Source: Camelus ferus
Taxonomy: Eukaryota
Reading direction: 5' to 3'
DNA length: 64,000 nt
Assembly (NCBI RefSeq): GCF_009834535.1
Contig: NC_045705.1
Span: 67,270,001-67,334,000 of the forward strand
Part shown: positions 42,401 through 55,173 of the stretch, piece by piece
Numbering within the stretch: the stretch's first letter is position 1
How the letters are laid out: each line of letters opens with the position of its first letter
Translations under genes and position numbers: made by a program
Notes under the pieces: generated by a model
The model's database searches: none
The model's input: only the letters and a program-made list of their open reading frames with translations
What the model was told of the DNA's origin: nothing

Positions 42401-43476
42401 ACGGGGAAGAGGCCATTCTCCAAATACTGGCGCTTTTTACTCCTGCTGTTCTTTGGGATTCCCAAAGCACTCTTGGTTCCTATCTGCACCGTGGCTCAGA
42501 CCCTGTGTACTATGGAAATATGACAGAGTCCCATCCCCAACCTCCCTGGCCTTTGTAACCTGGGACCCAGGGTGGGGGAAATGTCTCCCCGTCCAAAATC
42601 TGGCCAGAAGCTGGTCTCTGACCTGCCTCTACCTAGCTGGTTCCAGGGCCCCACACCTCTAGGGTCATTCAGCTACACACCCAAGCAGAAGAGGGCTGCA
42701 GTCACCAAATCCTTGGGCTAGTCCCAGAATAGGGTTCCATGGCTTTTCCCACCTATACCTTCCGGGTCTACAAGTTTGGCCAACAGCCAGCCACCAGATC
42801 CCAGGCAAAAGCTGAGACAGCTGAGGGTTGGGCTCCTGGGACCACACCCAGTTGGCTAGAAGGCACTGGGACAGTGTATGGCAGCACTGAGCTGGGTCAC
42901 CCACGTCAGAGGCTAGTACTCTCTCCTTGACTTTCTCAGGTCCTGGGGGGAAGGAAACAGCAGTGCTCCCTTTCCTCAGGATGCAGAGTTGGGGTGTTTT
43001 CAGAGCCTCCAGGGCTCATTCGAGTTTAGGATGTTAGGGCATTAAGGCATGTGAGGGTGTGGCTTAAATGAACTGGCATTTCCACTCTGCAAGGCATCAT
43101 GGCTAATCTAGAGGAATAACCCTCTGGGCTTAGGCTGGAGACAGTGCCCTCCAGCTGTAGAGGCAGCCAAGGCCCTGCACTGCCCCCTGGTGGCATCATG
43201 TGGAGGAGGGCAGGGTTCTCAGCTAATGGAGCTCAACCCTTTCCACTACCTACAGCTGGAAGGTTGAAGGCCAGAGGACAGAGTACCACTCAAGGTCAAT
43301 GGACAGTGGAAGAAAGGCAAAGGCGGGCTCAGCTGGTCTCTGTCCCACCCACTGCACCACCCCTTACCCCCTTCCAGAGACTCCTCTTTCCCTTTTTTCT
43401 TCCTGACCCATCCAGGCTTAGCAGAAGCACCAGACTCAGAAAGACTACGAGCTGAGAGAACAATTCCAAATTATCT

Positions 43477-43482
43477 TTTATT
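43477..43482 (-). terminator. CDK2AP2 poly(A) signal AATAAA
   Basis: TTTATT on the + strand, about 430 nt past the stop. Confidence 0.7.
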
Positions 43483-43911
43483 TATACAAAAATGGCATTT
43501 TAGCAAAAGACATTGAGAAAAGAGTCGCTATGGCCCAGGAGATGAGGCAGGGAGGCAACAGGCCTTCTGACGCCCTGCTGGGGTAAAAGGGGTCTGGGGA
43601 AAGTGGTGAGAAGTCCTGGGTAAGTGCTGAGTGGTGGGGGCCGCAGAAAGGAGAAAGCTCCAGTTGGATCAACACTGTTGGCAGGTCATGGATGGGACTC
43701 ACAGTGACCTCGCTGTTAACTCTTTCAGGGGTTTCAGTTAGTGCTGCCGACTGGAGTGAGAGCCGCCTACTTGTTCCTGGAGGGCACCCACCAGAGGACA
43801 CAAGTCAGGAAGCCCAGGATGGGAAGTGCAACTCGGGGTGAAGGCCAGGGAGAAGCAGGTGCTCTGCAGTGGCCAGGAAAGGTCCAGATGCTGAGGTGGA
43901 GTCTAGTCCTG

Positions 43912-44669
43912 TTACGTGCGAGCGTTCCTCTCTGTTTCTGCCAGGCACTCTCTGACTAGGGCCCGGGCATGGATGATTCCTAGAGTGGGAATGGGGAAGT
44001 AACATACAGGATCTCAGCGACCCTCCACAGTCCCACCCCCATCCTCCAGAGGAAGACCCCTCCCTCTATCTCCTTTCCTTTCAGTAAAAGGGACTATAAT
44101 CTAATGAAGGGCTGGATGAGATAAGAAGTTTGGATAATCTTCAAAACTTCTCTGTTTAAATATAAATTCCCTGGCCCTTCCCTGGAAATTGACTCAATTT
44201 CAATTCAATTCAAAACGCCTCTCTGGATAGTGATACTGGCCCTAGTCTAGACTTGGCTCAGATGGCCTTCAGATGTCTTCCCTTCCCTAGTGAAGGACTG
44301 TCCAGTGTTAGTCTTCTGGGCAGGGGTGGTGGGCCTGGTCTCACTTACCTCTCTTCAGGCGCTCCATGGCGCTCTTGCTGCCAGCATAGGTGGGCCGGAT
44401 CTCTTTGCCCATCTCCTCTATGACCGACAGCAGGTCCGTGTAAGTGCTCTGGGAACCCTGGGCGCCAGGTGGTTTCATTGCCTATGTCAAAAGAGAATAG
44501 GGCAGTGATCTTAGGCCAAGAGGGGGCCTCCAGTGCCCATCCATAGGCAATCCTTCAGCTCCACTCACCTGTACATAGCCCATGGAGGGCGGTCCAAAGT
44601 CATTAAACAGCGGTCTGAAAGGGGCAGCGGCTCCCGGCACCGAGCCCGACGGCGATGGAACACTTCCGG
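43912..44669 (-). CDS. CDK2AP2: CDK2-associated protein 2, exons 2-4 (first coding exon not visible, presumably in gap 44945-45077)
   Basis: Exons 44569-44669, 44349-44481, 43912-43979 encode [91 protein letters not shown]. Confidence 0.93.
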
Positions 44670-44944
44670 CTGCAACATGCAAGAGTAAGAGGTCAGCGAG
44701 GGGCAGGGACGCCTCGTCCCGGCGTTCAAGCCGGCGACCGGATTCACACCATTCCCTGCAAAGGAATGCTTCAGTCAGGCTGCTTAACTTCAAGACAAAC
44801 CCCTCCCCCTGCGCTTCACCAACAAGCCCTTACGTGACCACGCCCACTTCACAGGCCAGCAAACTGAGGCTCAGGGAGGGTAAGCAGCAGGCCCAGTGTT
44901 GCAGAACTTAGGCCGTCTTCTCTTCGAGACATCGACCGCCCGGG

Positions 44945-45077
44945 NNNNNNNNNNNNNNNNNNNNNNNNNNNNNNNNNNNNNNNNNNNNNNNNNNNNNNNN
45001 NNNNNNNNNNNNNNNNNNNNNNNNNNNNNNNNNNNNNNNNNNNNNNNNNNNNNNNNNNNNNNNNNNNNNNNNNNNNN
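44945..45077. other. Assembly gap (133 N)
   Basis: N-run. Confidence 1.
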
Positions 45078-45830
45078 CGGCCGGCCGCTCCTCCCGGGTT
45101 GGCTGCCTGGCCGCTCAGCCGCGCTCTGATTGGCAAGCCGGCAGCACGCCCCTGGTAAATAGAGCTCAGGCCGGAAGGACGGGAGGGCAGGAACGCTCCC
45201 TCACTCCCGATTGGCGCGCGAAGATGTCACTCGGACCTTCTCATTGGCAGAGGCTTGACCCAATAGGCCGCAACCGCTGCTGATTGGCCCCCGCCTTCCG
45301 GACCTCGCACCTGTCTGCTCCGGATTGGGCGGCGGCCGACGCCTTCCGCAATTGGCGAGTTCGCGGCCCGGACAGGCGCGCTCTCAATTCGATTAGTCCC
45401 AAAGCCCGAGAGGCGGGGCCTCGGAAACCCGGACCTGGGTCTGGTCCGCCGCGGTTCGCGCAGAGCGGGTATTTCCCGGGCTCGGGTGCCAACCTCACAC
45501 CTCACTCGCTTTGTACGTCAGCTTCACGCTGCCCGTCCCATCCAGCTGGGGCTGCTGTCGCCGTCGCTGTCGCTGCCGCAGCCGCCGCCTCCGCGCGCGC
45601 ACGCCTTTCCGCCGCTCTGGGGGCCGGAGGACGCAGGGCTTTGACGTTCCGAGCCCTGCGCCCCACCCCGTGCGCTTTTACGTCACCTTTCACCGGTTCA
45701 GCAACCTGTCCCCGATCCACGCATGCGCCCTCTTCAGGCCTCATTTGTTCCCATGGCAACGGGTCCCTCATCAACGCTACAGACGCGCCTGCTCCTCCCA
45801 ATTGTCTGGACGTCAGGTCTAGGCTAGTGT
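45078..45830. promoter_or_regulatory. CpG island promoter of CDK2AP2 with CCAAT cluster, CRE half-sites and RFX box
   Basis: Seven CCAAT/ATTGG boxes 45129-45355, four TGACGT half-sites 45515-45815, GTTCCCATGGCAAC 45747-45760. Confidence 0.7.
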
Positions 45831-46579
45831 AACGTTCAAGGGCGACCTCAAAGACTCCTCAACTTGCCCCCCAACCTCCAAGGCTCCAGGCCTGTGCCTC
45901 ATAAGGACAATAGCAGGAACAGCTAACCTTGAATACTTGCTGCATGCCAGGCCCTGTACCACGGACCATCCTGGACATGGGCCATGCACCATCTGGTTTC
46001 AATTTCACACCCCCACCCCCGCTAGCGATTTGCACTTGGACAAGTACCTCGATGATATGCCTCAGCTTCCCCATCTGTAAAATGGGGACGCTAATAATTA
46101 TAAGGTTCTTGTGTGGATTAAATGAATATTCATAGACTGCTTATTGTTTCATCCTACTTTTCCCCATCCATTTCTCCACCCAGACCTCTCCCCTCAAATC
46201 TTATTTCTCACAACCCAAGATCTTGGACTGTCCTCCAAGCACTAACCCTTCCTGCCAGGCTACTTCTCCCCAAAACTTCTCTGGCCTTGTGTACCCTTGA
46301 TGCCCCCAGGTCTATAGGTTTTCCTCACTCCCAGGACATTTATTCATTCACTCATCCAACAAACATTTTCTGACTTCATCCTCCATCTCAGACCTTGTTC
46401 TGGACACTGATACAAAAGTGAACTGGCCATAGCTTCTGTCCTCAAGGAGCTCCTAGTCTCAAGGAGAGACAGACAGAGAAGCAAAAGCACACAATACAGT
46501 AAGACAATGTGGAAACTGGGACAAGATGCATTGGAACTTAGAGGAAGGGGTCTGTCTCGTGACATCCAGAAGTCTTCCC

Positions 46580-48990
46580 AGAGGCGGGGGCATTCAATAG
46601 GTGAATGGATAAGTAAAGCATGAAATGGCTATACAATGGACTATTCAGCAATAAAAGGAAATAGTCTTAGTAGCCTCAAAAAGACACAGGCAGGCATATT
46701 GCTGAGTGAAAGAAGCCAGTCTGAAAAATCCACATACTGTATGATTCCAATTGTATGACATTCTGGTAAAAGCAAACTTATACAGAAGGTGAACAAGTTA
46801 CTGGTTGCCAAAGTGAGGTTGAGGGGTAAAGCATAGGGAATTTTTTTAGGGCAGTAAGATGATTCTGTGTGACTGTAATGGTAAATACAAGACATTAAGC
46901 ATTTGTCAAAGAGGAAACTTTAATGTGTGCATACTTTAAAAATTATTTAGGAGATCAAGGGATCCCAGGATGGAATGCAGAATATAACAGAAAAATCCAG
47001 CTGTATCACAAATGTATGAAGCAGCCTCACTGAAGGGAGGAGGGGAATAAGGTGCTAAGCTGGAAATGAGTGGAGTCTGTAAGAACAAAGAAAGACAAAA
47101 ATGTAAATGTAGACTGGGTGACTTCTCTCTTGGAATAAGTTACAGGTAAGCAAGGGGAGGAGGCTAGAATGATCTATGTGGTCATGGATTGGAGTTGGAA
47201 ATATCAGCATGAATTCATGTTTAGCTTAATATAAATACAGTTGGTTACATACAGAAATATTTTAAAATTTACAGGTTAGTGTGCATATATATGTCTCCTC
47301 ACTCCATCAACTGAGAGGGCCTAGAGGCAACCCAGCACTCAGTTCTTGGTTTCTGATACCATTCCCAATAAAAGGAACCAGAGTGTTTTGGAGAAATGGC
47401 TGATGCTAGGACTGGGGCAGGAAATATACAAGATGATTCTGGAGCATCTAGTCGTGTCAGAAAGTAAGAAAATGCTAAAACAAAACAAAACAAAGCAAAA
47501 AACCCCAAACTCCAAACCCCATAATGATGGGAGTATGTCAAAGGGACACAGGAACCAACTGAAAGAGTGTCCAATGGCCAAAGGTGGAGTAATTTGAGGA
47601 AAAAATAAATAAAATAGTATTGGATTATAACTTGTATCAAATAAATGTTTGTGAGTCCATATTGATATAAATAAATGATTGAAAAAATAAATAAATGGAG
47701 AAGAGACAAATCTCCTGGACAGGAGAATTTCAAGTAATTTATGTAGAAATTCTGCCCTTAATGAGGAGGTTTATTAACCCTCCATCCCTTAAGTGCAGGC
47801 TGTACATGGTGACTTCCTTCCAAGAGTATAGTACATAACAGGGGAAAGAGTGGTTTTACAGTACGGAAACCTGACAAACACTATCTTAAGCAAGGCAATC
47901 AAGGTCAAAATTAATGGTGATTACATGTTGATAGTGTGCACTCTTGACATGTTGGGAGGAGAACCGCACTTTACCTCTGTAGTCTTCCTCCCCCACACCC
48001 ATAACCCCAGACTAATCGTGAGAAAAACATCAGACAAATCCCAATTTAGGGACCAGTCCTCAAAACTGTCAAGATTGAAAAAAAAAAAAAAAGGAAATCT
48101 GTAAAACCATCATGACCAAGAAAACCCTAAGGAGACATGATGCCTAATGTAATGTGATGTCCCTGATGGCATTCCGGAAGAGAGTAAGGACAATCGGGAA
48201 AAGAGATGACATGTGCATAAAATGTGGACTTTGGTTAATAATAATGTCTGTATTAGTTCATTAACAGTGACAAATGTACCATTCTAATGCAATATGTGAA
48301 TAGAGTGTTATGGTTAATTTATGTGTCAATTCGACTGGGTCACAGGCTGCCCAGACCTTTGAGCAAACATTATTCTGGGTATGTCTGTGAGGGTGTAGCT
48401 GGACAAAATTAACACCCATTGAATCTGTGTAAAGCAGATGGCTCTTCCCAGTGTGGGTTGAAGACCTGAAAGGGACAAAAGGTTGAGTGAGAGGGAGTTT
48501 TGCCTGCCTGATCATTGAGCTGGGTCATCAGTCTTCCACCCTCAGAAAGGAACTTACGACATCAACCTTCCTGGTTCTCTGGTCTTTGGACTTGGACCGG
48601 AACTATGCCGCCAGGTCTCCTGTGTCACCAGCTTGCTGATGGCAGATCTTAAGACAACTCAGTGCCCATAATTGCCTGAGGTAGTTCCTTGCAATAAATA
48701 TCTTTACACACACACACACACACACACGCACACATATTGGTTCTGTTTCTCTGGAGAACCTTGACTAACACTTCGCAGAAGATGGATGTGGGGTATTCAG
48801 GAACTCCCTGTCCTATCTTCATAATAATTCTGTAAACCTAGAACTTCTCTAAAATAAAACAACTAAATGTAATATCTTTATCTGGGTGATGGTTACCCAT
48901 GCGCATATACATGTCAAAATTTACTGAACTGTACATCTAAGATTTGTACACATCACTGAATATGCGTTATGCTCAAACTATTTAAAGTGG
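46580..48990 (+). mobile_element. L1MC-type 3' fragments
   Basis: GGTGAATGGATAAG..ATACAATGGACTATTCAGCAATAAAAGG..CCACATACTGTATGATTCC.., ending CATGTCAAAATTTACTGAACTGTAC. Confidence 0.65.
48306..48770 (+). mobile_element. MLT2 (ERVL) solo LTR nested in L1, containing (CA)n at about 48706-48734
   Basis: TGTTATGGTTAATTTATGTGTCAA start and TTCTGTTTCTCTGGAGAACCTTGACTAACA end. Confidence 0.8.
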
Positions 48991-50214
48991 ACTTAATGTA
49001 AAAATCTCAATTTATGGCTTCTTTTGGAAAACCAGAAGACCCGTGGCTCTGGCTTGCTCCGGCTGGCAGCAACCAATTGAGTTGGGTGGCAGACGGCCCC
49101 TTCAGGTGGGGAGGGGCTCCTGGCTCGGCATGGTTGCTGCCTGCTGACTGTTTCTTCCCAGCCGTGGTCCCTGCTCCAGCTATGTCTGTTTGGAACTTCC
49201 GGGCTAGTAGCCTTTTTGGGGTGGCAGGGCATGAGTGAGACTTGGGGGACGTTGTGGGCACTTCTGATGTCAGCAGTCACACTGTAGCCAATTAAGACCA
49301 TCCTGCCAACTGCCCCCCAACCCCAACTCCAACCACAGAGCCTGCTAAGCTGGGGCCAGGGGTCTGTGGGAGGCTGACCTTGAGTGGGGTCTGGTCTTCC
49401 CCTGGCACATGTCCATCACTATCCCCAGCCCCTGCAGAGGGGACAGACTTCTTTTCAGGCAGTGATGCCATCTGTGCCAGCCGGTGGAGGGCGGTGGGAG
49501 GGAGAAGCTGCAGGGCTGGGGCAACTCTTCTTCGTCATCCCTAGGCCTGCCAAACTGGCAGGAGAGATCACCTAATTGAGGATTAAGGATTAATTGTGAT
49601 CTGCCAGGCAAGTGGTACTGAGGCTGCTGCAGCCAGCCCTGGCACCTCGGTACTAAGCTCTGGGCTGGGGCGGAGCACCGGTGGCTGCCTGCCTACTCTG
49701 TCTCAAGGCTATCTTGTCAGCCACAGAGATGGTGAGGACCAGACACAAGCACTGAAAGCTTCCTCCCAGCAGGTGGGAACACCTGGTCAGGCCACGCTCT
49801 ACAGACCAGCCAGGACTTGGCCGTAGTTCGAAGAGCCTGGGGCCTGTCTTGGGTCCATGCTGACCTGGTGGCACCCTTTCTTGTTGGCACTGTGACTTTA
49901 TAGTCCCCAGGCCTTGGTGCAAGTCCCACCTCTGCTTCATCCTAATGTGTGTGACTTTATGCCAGTTCCTCATCCTCCCAGAGACTTGTGGTGCCTGGCA
50001 AAGGGGCTGGATCATCCTGGGGGCCACAGGGGGTCATGACCAGTTTCTGAATAGGAGTGTGATGAAATGCAAATGGCAGTTTAGGAAGAATAATCCAGTG
50101 CTGCATGGACTGGAGGGGAGAGATGGCAGTGGAGCGGCGTGACTTCCAGCAAGTCTATGGGACTTGGCCTCCGGGGGTCCTCAATCTGGAAAATGGGGCC
50201 ATGAAGACCATGGC

Positions 50215-50560
50215 AGGGGTGGAGTGAGGAAATGTGTCATTTGGTTTTCCCAGGAAGCAGACATTAAGATGAAGTTAGAGAGACAAAAAAGAGAAAGCAG
50301 GAAGAAGCAGGATTGGGCAGGAGAGCCTCTGATTCGAGGCTGATCTGACCACACCTCGGCTAACCTGGAGGGGAGCTCAGAGCACAGACCACCTGCAAGA
50401 GGAGCCTCCCATTAGTCAAAAACGTGCGCAGCCTGGTCCCTGCCGGCTAGGTCAGTGGCTCCCGGCTCCGGAGAAGGGCGAAGCACTAGCCCAAAAGCTG
50501 AGGTATATTCTGAAGGGGGCTGTGAGCTCACTCACTCCTCTCAGCTGACCAGCAAGTTCT
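50215..50560. mobile_element. Probable MLT1 (MaLR) LTR relic
   Basis: TTCCCAGGAAGCAGAC..GAAGCAGGATTGGGCAG pattern. Confidence 0.45.
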
Positions 50561-50931
50561 TTCCTGAAGGGAGCTTTGAGCAGTATCCCTCTCAGACGAA
50601 ATGAGATGGAGCGTGGGAGAAGCCCTCACGCACTGGCTCCTCTGCTGTAATCCTGGGTCCAGCAGGAGCCACTCGCAGGATGTGGGGCCACCACACACCC
50701 AGCTCCAGGAGAAACAGGTTGGATGTACTCGTCCAGGGCTGTTTCCCAGCACTTGCTCTGGGCTGGCCACAGGGTCCAGGGAAGGCCCCTGATCCAGGGA
50801 GGGACCCTAGCCACCCAAAGTTCACAGTCAAGGGAGCTTGTGGTCTAGGACTTCACTTTTGGGGACCAAATACTGGGTCTTACAAGGTGAACAAGTGAGT
50901 AGTGAAGCTATCTCCCCCAGCTCGAAGATGC

Positions 50932-50937
50932 TTTATT
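50932..50937 (-). terminator. CABP2 poly(A) signal AATAAA
   Basis: TTTATT on the + strand, about 210 nt past the stop. Confidence 0.7.
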
Positions 50938-51148
50938 GTCAGAGAAACAGATGGGCAAGGGGGCTTGGTGGAGGAGTGGGGAGTTGGCATGAGGGCAGTC
51001 AAGGGCATTGCACACAGGCGAGGGGGTGGGGTTGTAGGGGAAAAGAGGAGGTGGGTCCCAGCGGGAGGTGATGGGCTTCCAGGAACACACTGGCAGGCAG
51101 TGGCTCTTGTCCCAAGTCCTGTCTGCTGCCTCCAGCTTCTGTGCAGGC

Positions 51149-54100
51149 TCAGTGAGACATCATTCGCACAAACTCTGCCATGACAAAGCCAAAGTTTTGA
51201 GTCTGCTATTCTTGACCTCCCTAGAGGTGAGGCTAATATACTGGCCTTGGGGTGGGACAGGGTGTAGTTGAGGGCAGGGCCTGCAAGGGAGTCCCCTAGA
51301 TCTGGTAGCGAATAGGCCTCTGGAAGGCCTAGGAAGAGGGGCTTTGTCTTATGGGAAAAAAAAAAATCTTGTAACTGAACCTATTTTCCTCTTTGCTTTG
51401 GCCACTAGGAAGCTTGGGAACACTACTTTGGAGATTTTCTACATACTGCTTTTCCTTGGCTTCCTATTATTATTTAATCCTTATTTCCCCTCAGTTGGGA
51501 CTGAAGCATAGAGGAAGAGCTGGGTCCTGGGTGGCTGCCTGGATTCACATCTTGGCTCCATCCACTTCTTTTGCTAAGGACCTACACTTTCCTAAGGACT
51601 GACTTTCTCCTCCTGCTTATGGGGCTGATAATAGTTCCTTCCTCCTGGATTCTCATGGTGATTAACTGGGAGAGGACAGAGGTGTGCTTAGCACAGGGCC
51701 TGGGGCACACCCATAATGCTCCCTTCATCACTTCTTTCTCTGTTAAAACCCTTCCAGGGGTAAGTGGTGCTGAGCGTGGTGAGTGGTGGGCAGTACCTTC
51801 AAAGTCAACCAAGCCATCCCCGTTGAGGTCAATGTCCTGGAGGATCTCGTCCACCTCCCGCTGGCTGAGGCGCTCTCCCAGCAGGGCCTTCAGGGCCGCC
51901 CGGAGCTCCCCCAGGCTGATGCAGCCATCCCCATTGGTGTCAAACTGTGGTTGCGTCGGTTGTGCCGTTGGGTTACAGATCGAATCATTCATCCAGGCAG
52001 CCCCTCTCTCACAGCAGACACGCAGTCCCCACCCGCCCTCCTGCCCCAGGGACCGCACCTCCCGGAAAGCGTCCCGCAGCTCCCTGACGCCAATCATGTC
52101 TGCGGTCTCTGCCAGTAGCTTGGGGCCCATCAGCTCCACAAAGTCTTCAAAGTCCACCTTCCCACCACCTGGAGGCCACGCCCATCAGAGACCCTTGCCC
52201 AACCCTGGCCCTCCCCTGCCCTCTGCCCTCCCCTTCTGGCCTGTGTCCCTCTCCCTTGCCCCACTAAATGGGCCTCTCTCTCCCTCTGGGCCTCACAGGC
52301 TGGGTCATCTGTATTTCCTGAGGGCTTTCCTTGAAGTTCCTGAAGAGCTCAGTTTGGTTCAAGTCCTGGCTCCAATGACCTGGCTGTATGACCTTAGGCA
52401 AGTCACTTAACCTTTCAGAGACTCAGTTTCTTCATCTGAAAAATGGGGACAATAGTCCTTGACCCACACACCTCCCAGGGGATAGTGAGATTCTCCTGGT
52501 CATTCTGGGGGCCAACCTGTGTAGACACCCCTCTTCCCTAGGCTGTCCAGCTGTCCTGACCATGACTATGGCCTCTGGAGAACTGGGGGCGGGGCATAGC
52601 ACATACTGATTTGCTGTGAAATCTCGATGAGCTCCATCTCGGTGGGCATGTAGCCCAATGTCCGCATGCAGGCTCCCAGCTCCCGGTAGCCAATATAGCC
52701 GTCCCGGTCTCGGTCAAACTCCTGGAAGGCAGCCTGCAGCTCTGCCAGGCAGGACAAGGTCAGCCCTTCCCCCATGTGCCCCTGGATCCCAGCCTGGATT
52801 GAACCTTCTCCCCTTGGTCCGATCATTTTCTCCTTTTAAACACCCATTTCTCTTTGCTGCCTCAGGGCCTTGGTACATGCTATTCTTTTAATTCATTCTT
52901 TCTGCAAATATTTAAGGGACATCTGCTATGNNNNNNNNNNNNNNNNNNNNNNNNNNNNNNNNNNNNNNNNNNNNNNNNNNNNNNNNNNNNNNNNNNNNNN
53001 NNNNNNNNNNNNNNNNNNNNNNNNNNNNNNNNNNNNNNNNNNNNNNNNNNNNNNNNNNNNNNNNNNNNNNNNNNNNNNNNNNNNNNNNNNNNNNNNNNNN
53101 NNNNNNNNNNAAACAAATCCTTGACCTCATGGAGCTCACATTCTGGAACACTCTCCCCTCCTCTTTGGTCCTTATGTCACTGACTCAAGGAAGTCTTCCC
53201 TCTCAATTCAGTCCCCTTCGGCCCATTTGTTCACTTCCTTGAGAGCACTTGGCACCATTGTACTTGTAGTTGACTTATTGACATCTGTCTCTGAGGACAT
53301 GGGCCAAATCTGTCCCATTTGCCACGGGCCCCAGGGCCCAGCACAGGGCCAGGCACACAGTGGGCACCTGGGAAGGGTTTGCTGAATGAACAAACGTAAT
53401 GGGACTGTGACCTGCCTGGCAAAGGAGATGAGGGAACTGATCGCTGGGGGTTCTCTCAACCCCTCCCTGCTCAGTCTTGTCCCCATCTTCTTGCTCTGGT
53501 CCCCTGCAGCCTTCTTGCTCCTCATTCCTCCTGGAGATTGCTCAGGCCCCAACTCAATGCCCCCTACCCTGTATGCCCCACCCTATGCCCCCAACTCTAG
53601 AAATTCTAGTTCTTTCCCCAAAAGCTTACCTTCAATCTCCTCTGGCCGCAGCTCCCGGTCCTGAGGGGACACAGAGGGGTTAAGAACTCCTGGACCCCCT
53701 CTTGTTCTTTGAGGTCCCCTACTCAGCCCCCTACAACATGCAGGCACAGGGCCCGAGTCTGGCGCTGCTCAGACTTGGTTCCCCCCGCCATTCCTGCTGA
53801 CAGGCCTGGGCATCTTGGGCCCCCCTTCCCTGTCCCCTGCCCAGATCTTTCCCAGGGTCTCCCCCCATGCCCACCCTCTTCTAGGGCCAGGAGCTCCATT
53901 TGCCAGAGGTGGGTCTGGGTTCAGGCAGAACCCTGGGCTTTGCCATGGGGGCCTCAGTGTCACTGTACATCTCTGTCCCTGTCTTGCCCCTTCCCTACCC
54001 ATCCCCTTGGTGGCTGTCTCTGCCATTCTTCTGGGTCTCTCTCTGCCCCCTCTTCTTGTTTTCCTGGCATGTTTCCCCAGGACTCCCCCGTGTTTGATAA

Positions 54101-54974
54101 TGTGTCTGTTTCTCCACTCCTCCCTACACCCCATACTCCCAGATCTCTGTGCCTTTGCTCTGAGGCCCCCACTCAAGGAGAGGAAAAATGAGGAGGCAGG
54201 CAGGCAGTGGCCGTACATACGAGCTGGGTGGCGGCAATGCTGGGCCGCAGGAAGATGCAGGCGGGCCCCACCAGGCTGCTGAGCACCGAGTAGCCCTGGA
54301 TGCCTGGCCCTGGGCCCCTTTGTTCTTCAGGGTTGGGGCTGGGGCCTGGGCCGTGGCGGGAGGCCCCTGGGGGGGAGCCAAGCCACTGCCAGCGGTCCTG
54401 CAGCAGAGCCAGCCGTGAGCTGGGGCTCTGGCCCCTCTCCATCCACTCATCAGCCTCTCTTAGCTTTAGAACCCAGCACAGGATGGGGGACCCTCACCGT
54501 CAACACTCTAAGCTGTTCAGTTAAACAAACCGAGGCCCAGATAAGGCAAGAGACTTGGCCAAGGTTACTCAGAAAGCCAATGGCACAGGGAGACCCTGAG
54601 CACATCCTCCGAGTCCCTCAGGCCAAGACTAGCTGGCAGAGCACAGGGACAGCAGTAGGGACAGGGCCATTGGATGGGTGGCTGGGGGCCTGATGGGCTT
54701 AGCAGAAGAGGTCCAGTGGTCTGCAGGAGTCAAGACCAGGATGGGCCAGAGTCTGGGGGCTGCCGGGAAAAATCTCGGTCTAGGGCAATGGGAAGCAATC
54801 CCTCCATCCCCCTGCTATGCCCGACCTGTAACCCCAGCCCAGCCCTTACACAGGGCTCCACCCACCCCACCAGACCCTTCCAGGGTCCAGTCCAGCCTCC
54901 TGGCATTGGCTTCTTCCCCTTAGCCCTCCTACCTTAGGCCCCCGGCGTCGGGGCCGCTTGGCACAGTTTCCCAT
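51149..54974 (-). CDS. CABP2: Calcium-binding protein 2, long form, 222 aa (227 aa from in-frame ATG 54989)
   Basis: Exons 54933-54974, 54221-54397, 53630-53660, 52607-52741, 52059-52168, 51797-51944, 51149-51174 (669 nt). MGNCAKRP myristoylation-type start, [18 protein letters not shown] loops [36 protein letters not shown]. Confidence 0.95.
52931..53110. other. Assembly gap (180 N) in CABP2 intron 3
   Basis: N-run. Confidence 1.
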
Positions 54975-55173
54975 GGGCCCCTGAACCATGCCAGGCCTGG
55001 AGTCCCAGGGGCGGCTCAGAGCTGGGCCTCAGAGGATGCTGTGGGCTCCCACCAGCCCCCAGCCGCTCCCAGTGAGAGTCTGGAGCACTGCAGGGGATTT
55101 TCCTAGGGTTTTGTGGGGGAAGATCGGGGGTGAGTGGGCAGGCGGGGAGCCCTGGGCACAGGGGCTTGGGTCC

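Noticed and set aside
51149-51154. CABP2 ends MMSH rather than recalled MMSR
   Set aside because: A single terminal substitution consistent with CpG decay. CABP4 also ends in His.
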